Source of the DNA: Spirochaetota bacterium
Lineage (GTDB): Bacteria > Spirochaetota > UBA12135 > COTS27 > CBDBHE01
NCBI GenBank assembly: GCA_965205605.1
Contig: CBDBHE010000006.1
Span: forward strand, 160,001 to 224,000
Direction of reading: 5' to 3'
DNA length: 64,000 bases
In this document: positions 27,743 through 37,006 of the stretch, in pieces
Layout: each line of letters begins with the position of its first letter
Numbering within the stretch: the first letter of the stretch is position 1
Translations under genes and position numbers: made by a program
The notes under the pieces: model-generated
What the model saw: only the letters and a program-made list of their open reading frames with translations
Databases searched by the model: none
Told to the model about the DNA's origin: nothing

Positions 27743-28974
27743 TCCTTTGTTATTTCCAAAATATCAATCGTTTTTTTTTGAAAATCATAGATGTTTTCAA
27801 TTTTCTCAATAAAGTTTAGTCCATATAGGTTGAGATAATAAAATAAATTAAAAATTCTTTCTTGCGGTTTTCCATAAGGAGCTAATGAAGCAGAAATAAA
27901 TTGAAGATTTTTAATTTCTTTTTCTCTTTTTTCTTTTAATTTTTTTCTTTTTGCTCCAATAATTTCTTTTGATTTTTGAAATAACCATTTTTCTATTTCT
28001 TTTTTTTCGATATTAAGATTTTCTAATTGTGTAAAATAATGATGGTTTATTTTTTGAAATTTTTCTTTCAATTGGGATAAATTAACGTCTCCTTTAAAAA
28101 TAAAATAATCTTTTATTAAGTTGTCTTGCTCTTTGTTTAGAAAAAAATCCCAAGAAAGGCCTAATTTTTTAAGGATTTTTTTTATAGAGGGTTCTATCAA
28201 AATAGCAGACATTCGTTTTTGAATTTTTGGTAGTTTGACTTGATGAAAATGATATTGTGCTTTTAAATTTTTTAAATAAACCTCTTCACTTGGACCGGTG
28301 ATATAAGTATGAGTTTTGAAGTAAGCATCTTGGAGGACGCTTCTTGTTTTAAGGTGAGGGAGTAAGGAATGGTTTTCAATAGAGACTACTTGATTGTTTC
28401 GATCTACGAATTGGTTGTTTTTTTTAAAAAGGGTTTTTCTTTGGTCGTTAATAGAAACAAATAAATTGCATTGATTGCCTTCAGGAGTTTTATGAGCTTC
28501 TTTGATTAAAAAAGGTTTTGCAAAGTTTAGGAAAGATTTTTCTGAAGGATCAAAAAAAACAAGCGAATTATTTTTAAAAAGTTTTTTGGCTAATTTGAGG
28601 GAAGCTTTCATAAGAGTGTTTCCTTTAATATAGCAATCAAAGCAAAGAGATTTAAGAAAAGAAGTGTTTTCTGTTTGGTGGATGTCATCAAAAAAAATAT
28701 TTAAAAGCTTGATTAAATGTTCATCAATGATGACTTTTCCAATTGAAAGTCCATGAGTTTTTTTTTCCCATTTTAATTTTTTTAAAACATTTTTTTTATT
28801 AAGATAATCGATGGTGTTAATTTCATTAAAATCAGCATCATTAGATTCCATCCAATAAATAGCGGTTCCTTTTAGTTGTTTGGCTAACTCCAAAGAGCCT
28901 AAAACTTTATAAGTAGTAAAGAGAGGCCCTCCCAAGAGGCCAATTTGTTGACCGGTAACAATATTTGGTTGCAT
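27739..28974 (-). CDS. bshC: Bacillithiol biosynthesis cysteine-adding enzyme BshC (short form)
   Basis: IVTGQQIGLLGGPLFTTYK, WMESNDADFNEI, YITGPSE, PQERIFN; overlaps the bshB1 start (ATGA). Confidence 0.9.
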   Translation of the reverse strand: MQPNIVTGQQIGLLGGPLFTTYKVLGSLELAKQLKGTAIYWMESNDADFNEINTIDYLNKKNVLKKLKWEKKTHGLSIGKVIIDEHLIKLLNIFFDDIHQTENTSFLKSLCFDCYIKGNTLMKASLKLAKKLFKNNSLVFFDPSEKSFLNFAKPFLIKEAHKTPEGNQCNLFVSINDQRKTLFKKNNQFVDRNNQVVSIENHSLLPHLKTRSVLQDAYFKTHTYITGPSEEVYLKNLKAQYHFHQVKLPKIQKRMSAILIEPSIKKILKKLGLSWDFFLNKEQDNLIKDYFIFKGDVNLSQLKEKFQKINHHYFTQLENLNIEKKEIEKWLFQKSKEIIGAKRKKLKEKREKEIKNLQFISASLAPYGKPQERIFNLFYYLNLYGLNFIEKIENIYDFQKKTIDILEITKE

Positions 28975-29109
28975 TTTTTTTGATAGCAGAAAATAAATAA
29001 TAGATATTTTGCTATGGAACAGCTTTTGTTAGAAGCTTAAGTAAGAATTTTCTTTTTAAGAAAAATGGAAAAGAAAAATATTTTTTTTTATCTAAAAGAA
29101 GGTTAACAA

Positions 29110-29880
29110 TTAATACTTGGGGACTTGTTGATCAATTTTCTCAGACCAAGCTTGGATACCACCGGTCATTTTAAAAACATTTGTAAACCCTTGTTGATTG
29201 AAAAAACGAACGGCTTGATGACTATGTTTACCTTGATGACAATATAAAACAATCAAAGTATCTTTAGACCAATTTTTTAAAATATTTTGGAAATAGGCTT
29301 CGTTTAAAAATTCGCTTCCTTCAATAAAAGCTTTTTTTCTTTCCCATTGGGCACGAGAGTCGAGTAGTTTGATTTCTTTTTTTTTAAGTTTTTCTTTGAC
29401 TTCTTCAGGAGTCATTTCTAAGGCTTTAGAAGGATCTTTAATTTGAATAGATTCATTAATTTTTTCGCCATAAAATTTATCGTAAATACTTGTAATAAAG
29501 GTTAAAAGAGAAGCTGGATTAAATCCTTCGATTTGATGACGCTCAATCATATAAATTAATTGTTGATCTTTAAAAAAAGCAATCGAAGGGGAAGACGGTG
29601 CATAGCCTTCAAAATATTTTCTTGCTTCTTCTGTTGCTTCCATATCGACTCCGGCAAAGACAGTATAGATTTTTTGAGGCGTGAGTGGGTTTTTTAAAGA
29701 TTCGATCAAAGCTGGTCTTGCAGAGGCCGCAGAGCATCCACAAACAGAATTAACTAAGACAACATAACTTCCTTTTTCATTGGATAAGCTTTGATTGACT
29801 TGTTGGGAGCTTGTAAGCTCTTTAACCCCATTACGAGTTAATTCCTCTCGCATTGGTTGAGTGATCGTTGGATTATACAT
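29110..29880 (-). CDS. Bacilliredoxin (BrxA/BrxB) fused to a C-terminal rhodanese domain
   Basis: PMREELT, NSVCGCSAASARP, TVFAGVD, PSSPS, ERHQIEG; then LLDSR, YCHQGKHS, GGIQAWSEKIDQQVPKY. Confidence 0.93.
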   Translation of the reverse strand: MYNPTITQPMREELTRNGVKELTSSQQVNQSLSNEKGSYVVLVNSVCGCSAASARPALIESLKNPLTPQKIYTVFAGVDMEATEEARKYFEGYAPSSPSIAFFKDQQLIYMIERHQIEGFNPASLLTFITSIYDKFYGEKINESIQIKDPSKALEMTPEEVKEKLKKKEIKLLDSRAQWERKKAFIEGSEFLNEAYFQNILKNWSKDTLIVLYCHQGKHSHQAVRFFNQQGFTNVFKMTGGIQAWSEKIDQQVPKY

Positions 29881-30011
29881 GTATTATTATAAGATAAATT
29901 TACTTTTTTTAAAAATTTATTGAAATTAACAAGTTATTTTCTATTTTAAAATCAATAATTGTGGGTTTTTTATGAAAATAAGTTTAAACTATATCTAGAG
30001 GTTTTTCTTAA

Positions 30012-31892
30012 ATGTTTTTTTTTCCCTTTCAAAAGAAATTTTTAAAGATTATTTTTATTTTTACTCTTATTCCTTTGCTTTATGCGATTCCTAAAGAAAG
30101 CAAAAATATTGATAAACTCATTAAAAAAAATCTTTTAAAAAAAGGAATGACTCTATCTCCTTTAGCAACAGATACCACTTTCCTAAAGCGTGTTTATCTA
30201 GTTGTTGCAGGGCGCATTCCTCACTATAAAGAAGCAAAACGTTTTCTTAATTCTACAGATAATTTAAAAAGAGAAAAGCTTATTAAAAAGCTTCTTAAAA
30301 GTGAGGATTATGTCAATAGTTTTTATAATTTTTGGGCAGATTTATTGGCTATTAAACCAGTTGATTTTGGTGGGAAAATGGGGGATTATAGAAAAAATTT
30401 TTTTGATCAATGGATGAAAAAAATGATACGAGAAGATCAGTCTTATCGAAAAATAGTTGAAAAAATCATTTCTGCTGAAGGGGATATTTTTAATAACCCA
30501 CAAACTTATTACTTCATTCAAGATGATAGAAAAAATATGCTTTTGGAAAAAACGGGCATGATGGCTCAATCTTTTCTTGGTACTCGTATCGGTTGTGCCC
30601 AATGCCATGATCATAAAAGTGATAAATGGACACAAGAGCAATTTTATCAAAACGCTGCTTTTTTTTCTGGGCTTACTTTTAAAAATTATAATACTAGACA
30701 AGTTAGAACTGTAAGAAGAAATTTAGGAAAAATCGAGAAATCTATTTCTAAAAAAGAAAGAAAGAAAATTAGAAGATTTTTAAGAACCCTAGAAGGAAAT
30801 TACCTTATTAAAGAAAACAAAAAAAATAATCTTAAATACCCAGATAATTATATTTATGATAAAGGAAAACAAGGAAAGGTTGTTTCGCATAAAGTATTAT
30901 TTGGTCGTTTGAGAGAAAACCCAGAAGAAACAAAAAGAGAAAATTATGCTGCTTGGCTGACGTCCGCTTATAATAGGCGTTTTACTAAAACCATTGTTAA
31001 TCGCTTGTGGAGAGAAGTGATGGGACAGGGATTTTTTGAACCCGTCGATGATCTCAAGGATAACAATCTTGTTTTTAATCGACCTTTATTTGATTATTTA
31101 GAAAGATTAATGAGAAGAAAAAATTATAAAATTAAATCTTTCTTGTCTATTTTACTCAATTCAAAAGCCTTTCAAATGGATTCTAAGATTTTTGATAAAG
31201 AAGATTATCAAGGAGAAGGGTATGTTTTTAGAAGAATGACTCCGTATCAAATTTGGGATTCTCTTGAGTTAATAAGATTAGGAAAATCTGTTTTTAATAT
31301 TCCTGTTAAAGATAAAATTGTTTCAGTTGAAGAAGATTTGAAACGAACTTCTTTTATTAGAAAAACACTTGAAACTTGGAAAGTTGATTTTAATTTAGCT
31401 TATAAAAATATAGAGCAAAATGAAGAATCGTTTCAAAAATTAACTAAAACAGCTAACGATTATTTTAATTTTTCAAAACGAAAAAAAGGAGAAAATATAC
31501 GATTTATATTTTATCCGAGTTCGTATATAAGCTATTTTCCTTATCGATTAAAACAAGGTAACTTTTTAAAAGAATTTGGTATGACAGATAGAGAAAGTGT
31601 TAGCCACTGCTCTATTGAGCCAAGTATCCCGCAATCTCTTTTTTTAATGAACAGCTTTTATGTTAATAAGTTGGTTCTTAATGCCAGGACTTTAAGGGTT
31701 TCTTTTGAAGGACTGGGTTCTTTGAAAGAGGTCCTTGATTTTGTGTATTTATCTGTTTTGAGTCGTTTTCCTTTAGATGAAGAAATGCGTATATGGCAAG
31801 AGCATTATAAAGGAAAATTTAATAAAAATAAACATTACAAGCAGATTTTATGGACGGTGATTAATAGTCGAGAGTTTATTTTTATTCAATAA
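30012..31892 (+). CDS. DUF1549/DUF1553 (PSCyt2/PSD1) planctomycete-type cytochrome-like protein
   Basis: FLKRVYL..GRIP, FWADLL, FLGTRIGCAQCHDH, VNRLW..MGQG..EPVDD, QSLFLMN, WTVINSREF. Confidence 0.9.
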   Translation: MFFFPFQKKFLKIIFIFTLIPLLYAIPKESKNIDKLIKKNLLKKGMTLSPLATDTTFLKRVYLVVAGRIPHYKEAKRFLNSTDNLKREKLIKKLLKSEDYVNSFYNFWADLLAIKPVDFGGKMGDYRKNFFDQWMKKMIREDQSYRKIVEKIISAEGDIFNNPQTYYFIQDDRKNMLLEKTGMMAQSFLGTRIGCAQCHDHKSDKWTQEQFYQNAAFFSGLTFKNYNTRQVRTVRRNLGKIEKSISKKERKKIRRFLRTLEGNYLIKENKKNNLKYPDNYIYDKGKQGKVVSHKVLFGRLRENPEETKRENYAAWLTSAYNRRFTKTIVNRLWREVMGQGFFEPVDDLKDNNLVFNRPLFDYLERLMRRKNYKIKSFLSILLNSKAFQMDSKIFDKEDYQGEGYVFRRMTPYQIWDSLELIRLGKSVFNIPVKDKIVSVEEDLKRTSFIRKTLETWKVDFNLAYKNIEQNEESFQKLTKTANDYFNFSKRKKGENIRFIFYPSSYISYFPYRLKQGNFLKEFGMTDRESVSHCSIEPSIPQSLFLMNSFYVNKLVLNARTLRVSFEGLGSLKEVLDFVYLSVLSRFPLDEEMRIWQEHYKGKFNKNKHYKQILWTVINSREFIFIQ

Positions 31893-31904
31893 CAATAACA
31901 ATAA
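31887..31904 (+). repeat. (CAATAA)x3 microsatellite spanning the stop codon and preceding the RBS
   Basis: caataacaataacaataa then gaaggag. Confidence 0.8.
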
Positions 31905-31918
31905 GAAGGAGAAAAGCG

Positions 31919-33172
31919 ATGATGTTTTTTAATGATTTAAATAGGCGTGATTTTATTAAAATAGGAGCGGAAGCTTTTTTGGGAGTTAGCTTTTTAAAAA
32001 GCCATCTTCTTGCTAACTCTTTAAATAAAAAAGCAACTGCTGATGCAGTTATTTATTTAGATATGCAAGGGGGGCAAAGCCATTTAGATACTTGGGATCC
32101 AAAACCAAAAAGTAGTAGTGAAGGAGAAATTAAAACCATTAAAACCAAAGAAGCTGGAGTGTTGCTTTCAGAAGCCCTCCCTTTAACTGCATCTATTTTT
32201 AAAGATATCACTATTATTCGTTCGATGACGTCAAAGGAAGGAAATCACCAAAGAGGCAAATATTTACAGCAAACTAATTATCTTCCCAGAAAAGGAGTCG
32301 AGCACCCTTCTTTAGCGTCGTGGTTTTTAAAGAAGAAAGGGGTTAAAAATAAAGATTTGCCGGGTTATTTTTCTTTAGGGGGGAAGGTCATAGGATCTGG
32401 GTTTTTAAATCGTTTTTATGGGCCGTATGTTATTAATCCAAAATCAGAAAAACCTTTAAAAAATATTTCACCTCATGAAGTTGATATGGAGCAGTTTTTA
32501 TCAAAATATTCTTTATTAGAAAAGCTCAATCAAATTTTTTCTAAAAGTCGTAGTGGTCTTGAAGTAAACTCTTATAATCAAGTTTATGAGATGGCTAAAA
32601 AAATGATGTCTTCGAAAGATTTAAAGGCTTTTGATCTTTCTAAAGAACCTAAAGAAGCTTTGAAAATGTATGGGGAAAGTTCTTTTGGTAAAGCTTGTTT
32701 GCTTTCTAGAAGGCTCGTGGAGCATGGGATTCGTTTCGTGCATGTCAATTCAAGAGGTTGGGACACTCATAATAACAATTTTGAGTCGGTTATGAAAAAT
32801 TGCGAGTCTTTAGATCGAGGGTATAGTGCTTTAATCAAAGACTTAAAAAGAAAAGGATTATTACAAAGAACGCTTGTTGTTATTGCGACTGAATTTGGAA
32901 GAACCCCTAAAATTAATTCACGTAAAGGGAGGGGACATCATCCAAGAGCGTATTCATCTGTTTTGGCAGGAGGAGGGATGGAAGGAGGAAGAATTTATGG
33001 ACAAACCGATAGACTTGGAAAAGAAGTGCTCAGAAATCCTGTGAGTCCTCAAGACTTGAATGCTACAATTGCGTATGCTTTAGGTTTTAATGAAGATGAT
33101 TTGCTTTTTTCTAGAACAGGTAGACCGTTATTGTTTTCTAATGGGGGGAAGCCAGTAAAAAAATTATTTTAG
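31919..33172 (+). CDS. DUF1501 family protein with Tat signal
   Basis: NRRDFIK, GGQSHLDTWDPK, CLLSRRLVEHG, GWDTH, TEFGRTP, GRGHH. Confidence 0.93.
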   Translation: MMFFNDLNRRDFIKIGAEAFLGVSFLKSHLLANSLNKKATADAVIYLDMQGGQSHLDTWDPKPKSSSEGEIKTIKTKEAGVLLSEALPLTASIFKDITIIRSMTSKEGNHQRGKYLQQTNYLPRKGVEHPSLASWFLKKKGVKNKDLPGYFSLGGKVIGSGFLNRFYGPYVINPKSEKPLKNISPHEVDMEQFLSKYSLLEKLNQIFSKSRSGLEVNSYNQVYEMAKKMMSSKDLKAFDLSKEPKEALKMYGESSFGKACLLSRRLVEHGIRFVHVNSRGWDTHNNNFESVMKNCESLDRGYSALIKDLKRKGLLQRTLVVIATEFGRTPKINSRKGRGHHPRAYSSVLAGGGMEGGRIYGQTDRLGKEVLRNPVSPQDLNATIAYALGFNEDDLLFSRTGRPLLFSNGGKPVKKLF

Positions 33173-33182
33173 ATTTTTATGA

Positions 33183-33713
33183 ATGAAATTTATATTTATA
33201 TTTTTCTTGAATTTATTTTTTTTAACTCATTTTCTTTATTGTAAAGAAGAAGTTGAAAAAATTGTTTATGTTGATGTAGAAAAAATCTTAGAAGTTTTTT
33301 TGCAATCTACAAAATTTGAAAAAAATATTTTAAAAATAAAAAAAGATGCTCACCAAATTGCTCAAAGAAAAAAAAATAAAATTGAAAAGCTTAGTGATAA
33401 ACTAGAAAAAGAAAGAAAACTTTTACCAGATGATACCATTGAAAATCTTCTAGAAGAAATCGATTTTTTAGAAGAAGATTTAAAAGAATATTTAGCTGAG
33501 AAAAAAAAAAAAGTTAGGCAAATAAAAAAAAAATATAAGAGAAGCCTTTTAAATAGAATTGATTATTATCTTAAAAAAATAGCTAAAATAAAAAAATATT
33601 CGCTTATTTTAGAAAAGAATTCTTCCTTTTATTATGTTTCAAAAGATTTAAATGCTACTAAACAAGTAATTCAATTTATTGAAAAAGAAATCGAAACAGA
33701 CCGTTTTAATTAA
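33183..33713 (+). CDS. OmpH/Skp-family periplasmic chaperone
   Basis: Signal peptide, IVYVDVEKIL, coiled coil, YSLILEK...DLNATKQV. Confidence 0.8.
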   Translation: MKFIFIFFLNLFFLTHFLYCKEEVEKIVYVDVEKILEVFLQSTKFEKNILKIKKDAHQIAQRKKNKIEKLSDKLEKERKLLPDDTIENLLEEIDFLEEDLKEYLAEKKKKVRQIKKKYKRSLLNRIDYYLKKIAKIKKYSLILEKNSSFYYVSKDLNATKQVIQFIEKEIETDRFN

Positions 33714-33721
33714 ATTTTTAG

Positions 33722-33751
33722 TTGACTCTATTAATGTAAATCAAATAAGAT
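33722..33751 (+). promoter_or_regulatory. Putative sigma70 promoter of pyrG
   Basis: TTGACT-N18-TAAGAT upstream of the ATG at 33771. Confidence 0.45.
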
Positions 33752-33770
33752 TATTTTTTATCTTAAAATC

Positions 33771-35438
33771 ATGAAACAAAAAACAAAGTATATTGTTATT
33801 ACAGGTGGGGTCATTTCTGGTTTAGGGAAAGGAATTACAACAGCTAGTTTAGGTTGTCTTTTAAAAAATAATTTTAAAGTTCTCCCTATTAAATGTGATG
33901 GGTATCTCAATACAGATCCAGGGACTCTTAACCCTATTGAACATGGGGAGGTTTATGTTTTAGATGATGGGGGAGAAGTGGATATGGATTTTGGTCATTA
34001 CGAACGTTTTATTGGTCTTACTGCCAGAAAAGACTGGAATATTACTATGGGAAAAATCTATAAAAACATTTTGGAAAAAGAAAGAAAAGGAATTTATCTT
34101 GGGAAAACGGTGCAGTTGATTCCTCATGTGACGGATGAAATTAAAAGTAAAATTTATAACCTTGCCAATAAAGAATCAGCTGATTTAACCTTGATTGAAA
34201 TAGGGGGAACCGTGGGGGATATGGAAATTGAGCTTTTTGTTGAATCTGTTCGTCAAATGAGAAGTGAAGTAGGACGAGAAAACATGATGTTTATTCATTT
34301 AACTTATGTTCCGACTCCTTATGGAGTGCAAGAAGCAAAATCTAAACCAACCCAACAAAGTGTTAAGCATTTAAATCAATTTGGGATTTACCCTGATGTG
34401 ATTATTTGTCGTTGTCAGAAGAAATTGAGTGATGAGATTAAAGAGAAAATTAGTCTGTACTGTAATATCGATAAAGAAGCGGTTATTTCTGCCATTGATG
34501 TAGACCCTATTTATGAGATGCCTCTTGTTTTCAAAGAAGAAGGCATTGACTCGATTATTAAAAAAAAATTTTCGTTTTCTTATGCTTCTAATATAAGTAG
34601 TTTTAAAAAATTGGTGCTCTCTTTAAAAAAATCTTTTAAAGAGAGAAAAAAAATTGTAAAAATTGGTTTATTTGGTAAGTATACAAAATTACAAGATTCG
34701 TATGCGAGTATTCGTGAGGCTTTAAGTCATGTAGGGGCTCATTTAAATCTTTTTATTGAGACGATTTCTGTGGATACATCGAGTCTGAAAAGAGAAGATG
34801 TTGAAAATAAATTGAAAGCATTTAATGGGGTGATTGTTCCAGGAGGGTTTGGAGTTAGAGGGATGGAAGGCAAAATAGAAATTATTCGTTATTTACGAGA
34901 AAACAAGATTCCTTTTTTAGGTATTTGTCTTGGAATGCAGTTAGCCATTATTGAATTTGCTCGCCATGTTTGTGGGTTGAAACAAGCCACTACTCGTGAA
35001 GTTGAAAATAAAGAAAAAAGAGAAGAAAAAAAAGATTTTGTTGTTGATATTCTTCCAGGTCAGAGAACTGTTTCTAAAAAAGGAGGAACCATGAGACTGG
35101 GAGGCTATTTAGTTAATATTAAAAAAGGAAGTTTTGCTGAAAGGATTTATGGAGTAGAGCAGATAAGAGAACGTTTTCGTCATCGTTATGAAATCAGTCC
35201 AGACTATATCCCTTTGATGGAAGATAAAGGGCTTGTTTTTTCTGGCAAATCTAATGATGAGGCTATTGTTCAAATTATGGAGCTGCCAGGCCATCCATTT
35301 TTTTTCGCTAGTCAATATCACCCTGAGTTAACTTCTAAATTAGAAGCTCCTTCTAAATTGTTTTACTTTTTTATTAAAGCTTGTTTAGAAAAAATGAGGC
35401 TTTTTAATAGTAGCAAAAAGTCCCATCAGCAGAGTTAA
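33771..35438 (+). CDS. pyrG: CTP synthase
   Basis: TGGVISGLGKG, DGYLNTDPGT, DMDFGHYERF, GICLGMQ, ERFRHRYE, QYHPE. Confidence 0.98.
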   Translation: MKQKTKYIVITGGVISGLGKGITTASLGCLLKNNFKVLPIKCDGYLNTDPGTLNPIEHGEVYVLDDGGEVDMDFGHYERFIGLTARKDWNITMGKIYKNILEKERKGIYLGKTVQLIPHVTDEIKSKIYNLANKESADLTLIEIGGTVGDMEIELFVESVRQMRSEVGRENMMFIHLTYVPTPYGVQEAKSKPTQQSVKHLNQFGIYPDVIICRCQKKLSDEIKEKISLYCNIDKEAVISAIDVDPIYEMPLVFKEEGIDSIIKKKFSFSYASNISSFKKLVLSLKKSFKERKKIVKIGLFGKYTKLQDSYASIREALSHVGAHLNLFIETISVDTSSLKREDVENKLKAFNGVIVPGGFGVRGMEGKIEIIRYLRENKIPFLGICLGMQLAIIEFARHVCGLKQATTREVENKEKREEKKDFVVDILPGQRTVSKKGGTMRLGGYLVNIKKGSFAERIYGVEQIRERFRHRYEISPDYIPLMEDKGLVFSGKSNDEAIVQIMELPGHPFFFASQYHPELTSKLEAPSKLFYFFIKACLEKMRLFNSSKKSHQQS

Positions 35439-37004
35439 TAAAGGGATCCCTAAGGTAAATAAAAAGAAAACATTTAGAGCTTCTTTTTTTCCTAAATTAA
35501 TATTTTTAGTACGGTGTTCTTTTGTTCTTATTGAAAAAAGTTTTTCTTCTTTCATCAGCCAATGGACGATATTGAGGTACAGATCCTTGTTACCACCCAT
35601 ACTAATTAAATGATTATTAGCAAAATCAGAATCCCCCATAACAGCGATACGCAAATTATTTGCTTCTGTTTTTCTTTTTATTTCAGTAAGGAGCCCAACG
35701 ACTAAAGGTCCTTTTTGTTCTAATTTTTTGTCGTATTTTGGGGGGGCACCTACAGTTGGATTGGTTTCTCCCCAAGCAGTTTTTGTACTTGTAATTAAAG
35801 AGATGTGCTTTACATTTTCAGTAGATCTATTTTTTTTAATGCTTCTTGTTGATAAAAAGATAGGGAATAATCCTTTCTTTTCAAGTAGCGTAATACTAGA
35901 ATGCTTTTCATCATAATTTAAAACGGGGGTGATAGGAGAGCCTCGACTCGATTTAATTTGAAAAACATAATTAACAGGATCAATCACTAAATCATCATTA
36001 AAAAAAATATTATAATCAGATAAAAGATTTTCTAGACCCGTTGCTTTATAGCGGATATCAATAGAGGGGTCTAGTAAAAGAAAGAAGGCTTGATTTTTTT
36101 TTAGAAATGATTTAATTAAAGTTGTTTCTGCTAAAGACCATTTCATTTTGCTGCCATGGAGGATGAGTAGATCGGCGCTTTTAGGAAGTTTTTTTTTTGA
36201 AGGGAGGTGCCAAGATTCAACTTGAAGGTTTTCTCTTTGAAGGGCTTCTTTTAAAAAAGAGAGTCCATTTCCTTGATTGTTTTTAATGCTTTTTTCTTTG
36301 TGACCACTTAGAAAATAGATTTTTTTTTTAGGTAGATCAGTGAGGCTGAGTAAGGTCGATGAGATACTTTCTTCATAGAGATAGTTTCTTATTCGATTAC
36401 CTTGCTGATCTTGGCTTTCTTTTGACATATCAGAGTAAGGAAGGATTAGAGGTGTTTTGTTAGAAGTAATAAAAACAAGAGTGCTATCTTGGGTAATGTT
36501 GTATTGCTTAACTTGAAGAGGGTGTTTGACAGGGTTGATGAGTTGGTACTTAATTAATTTATTCTTAGCTGTGTAAATTTTTAAAATATGATGTAATTCA
36601 TCTTCAATATTTCTAGAATCAAATAGTTTGATATTGATAGGGGTTTTAATTTGTTTTAAAATTTGTTCTGTTTGATTGGATAGAGTAAATTTTTTTGTTT
36701 CACTTAGATCGATTTTAAATCGCAAAAGATCAAAGTAAAAAAGAAGATAAATACAAATTAAAATACTTAAAAGAAGCAGTAATTGAAAAGAAGATTCGAT
36801 TTCTTTCCTAGCCCTTTTAGAAGTAAAAAAATTAATGATTTTTTTTTTATTAGGGTATAAGTAAAACGTAAAAATCATTGTAATACTAGTTAGGTAAAAA
36901 ATCAATGAAATGATTTTTTTGTTTAAAGCTTGCATGCTGCTTCCTGCCAAAAAGAACGCAATAATAATAAAAAGAAGCAGTTTTTTAGAAGTTTTTTTTT
37001 CCAT
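35385..37004 (-). CDS. GldG-like ABC transporter accessory/substrate-binding protein
   Basis: N-terminal TMs, DLSETKKFTLS, FLSGHKE, VMGDSDF, NKDLYLNIVHWL, C-terminal TM. Confidence 0.85.
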   Translation of the reverse strand: MEKKTSKKLLLFIIIAFFLAGSSMQALNKKIISLIFYLTSITMIFTFYLYPNKKKIINFFTSKRARKEIESSFQLLLLLSILICIYLLFYFDLLRFKIDLSETKKFTLSNQTEQILKQIKTPINIKLFDSRNIEDELHHILKIYTAKNKLIKYQLINPVKHPLQVKQYNITQDSTLVFITSNKTPLILPYSDMSKESQDQQGNRIRNYLYEESISSTLLSLTDLPKKKIYFLSGHKEKSIKNNQGNGLSFLKEALQRENLQVESWHLPSKKKLPKSADLLILHGSKMKWSLAETTLIKSFLKKNQAFFLLLDPSIDIRYKATGLENLLSDYNIFFNDDLVIDPVNYVFQIKSSRGSPITPVLNYDEKHSSITLLEKKGLFPIFLSTRSIKKNRSTENVKHISLITSTKTAWGETNPTVGAPPKYDKKLEQKGPLVVGLLTEIKRKTEANNLRIAVMGDSDFANNHLISMGGNKDLYLNIVHWLMKEEKLFSIRTKEHRTKNINLGKKEALNVFFLFTLGIPLLTLLMGLFATIKKPHFF

Positions 37005-37006
37005 TT

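Noticed and set aside
31887-31904. (CAATAA)3 as a functional or CRISPR-like repeat
   Set aside because: Only 18 bp with no spacers; most likely slippage at the stop codon
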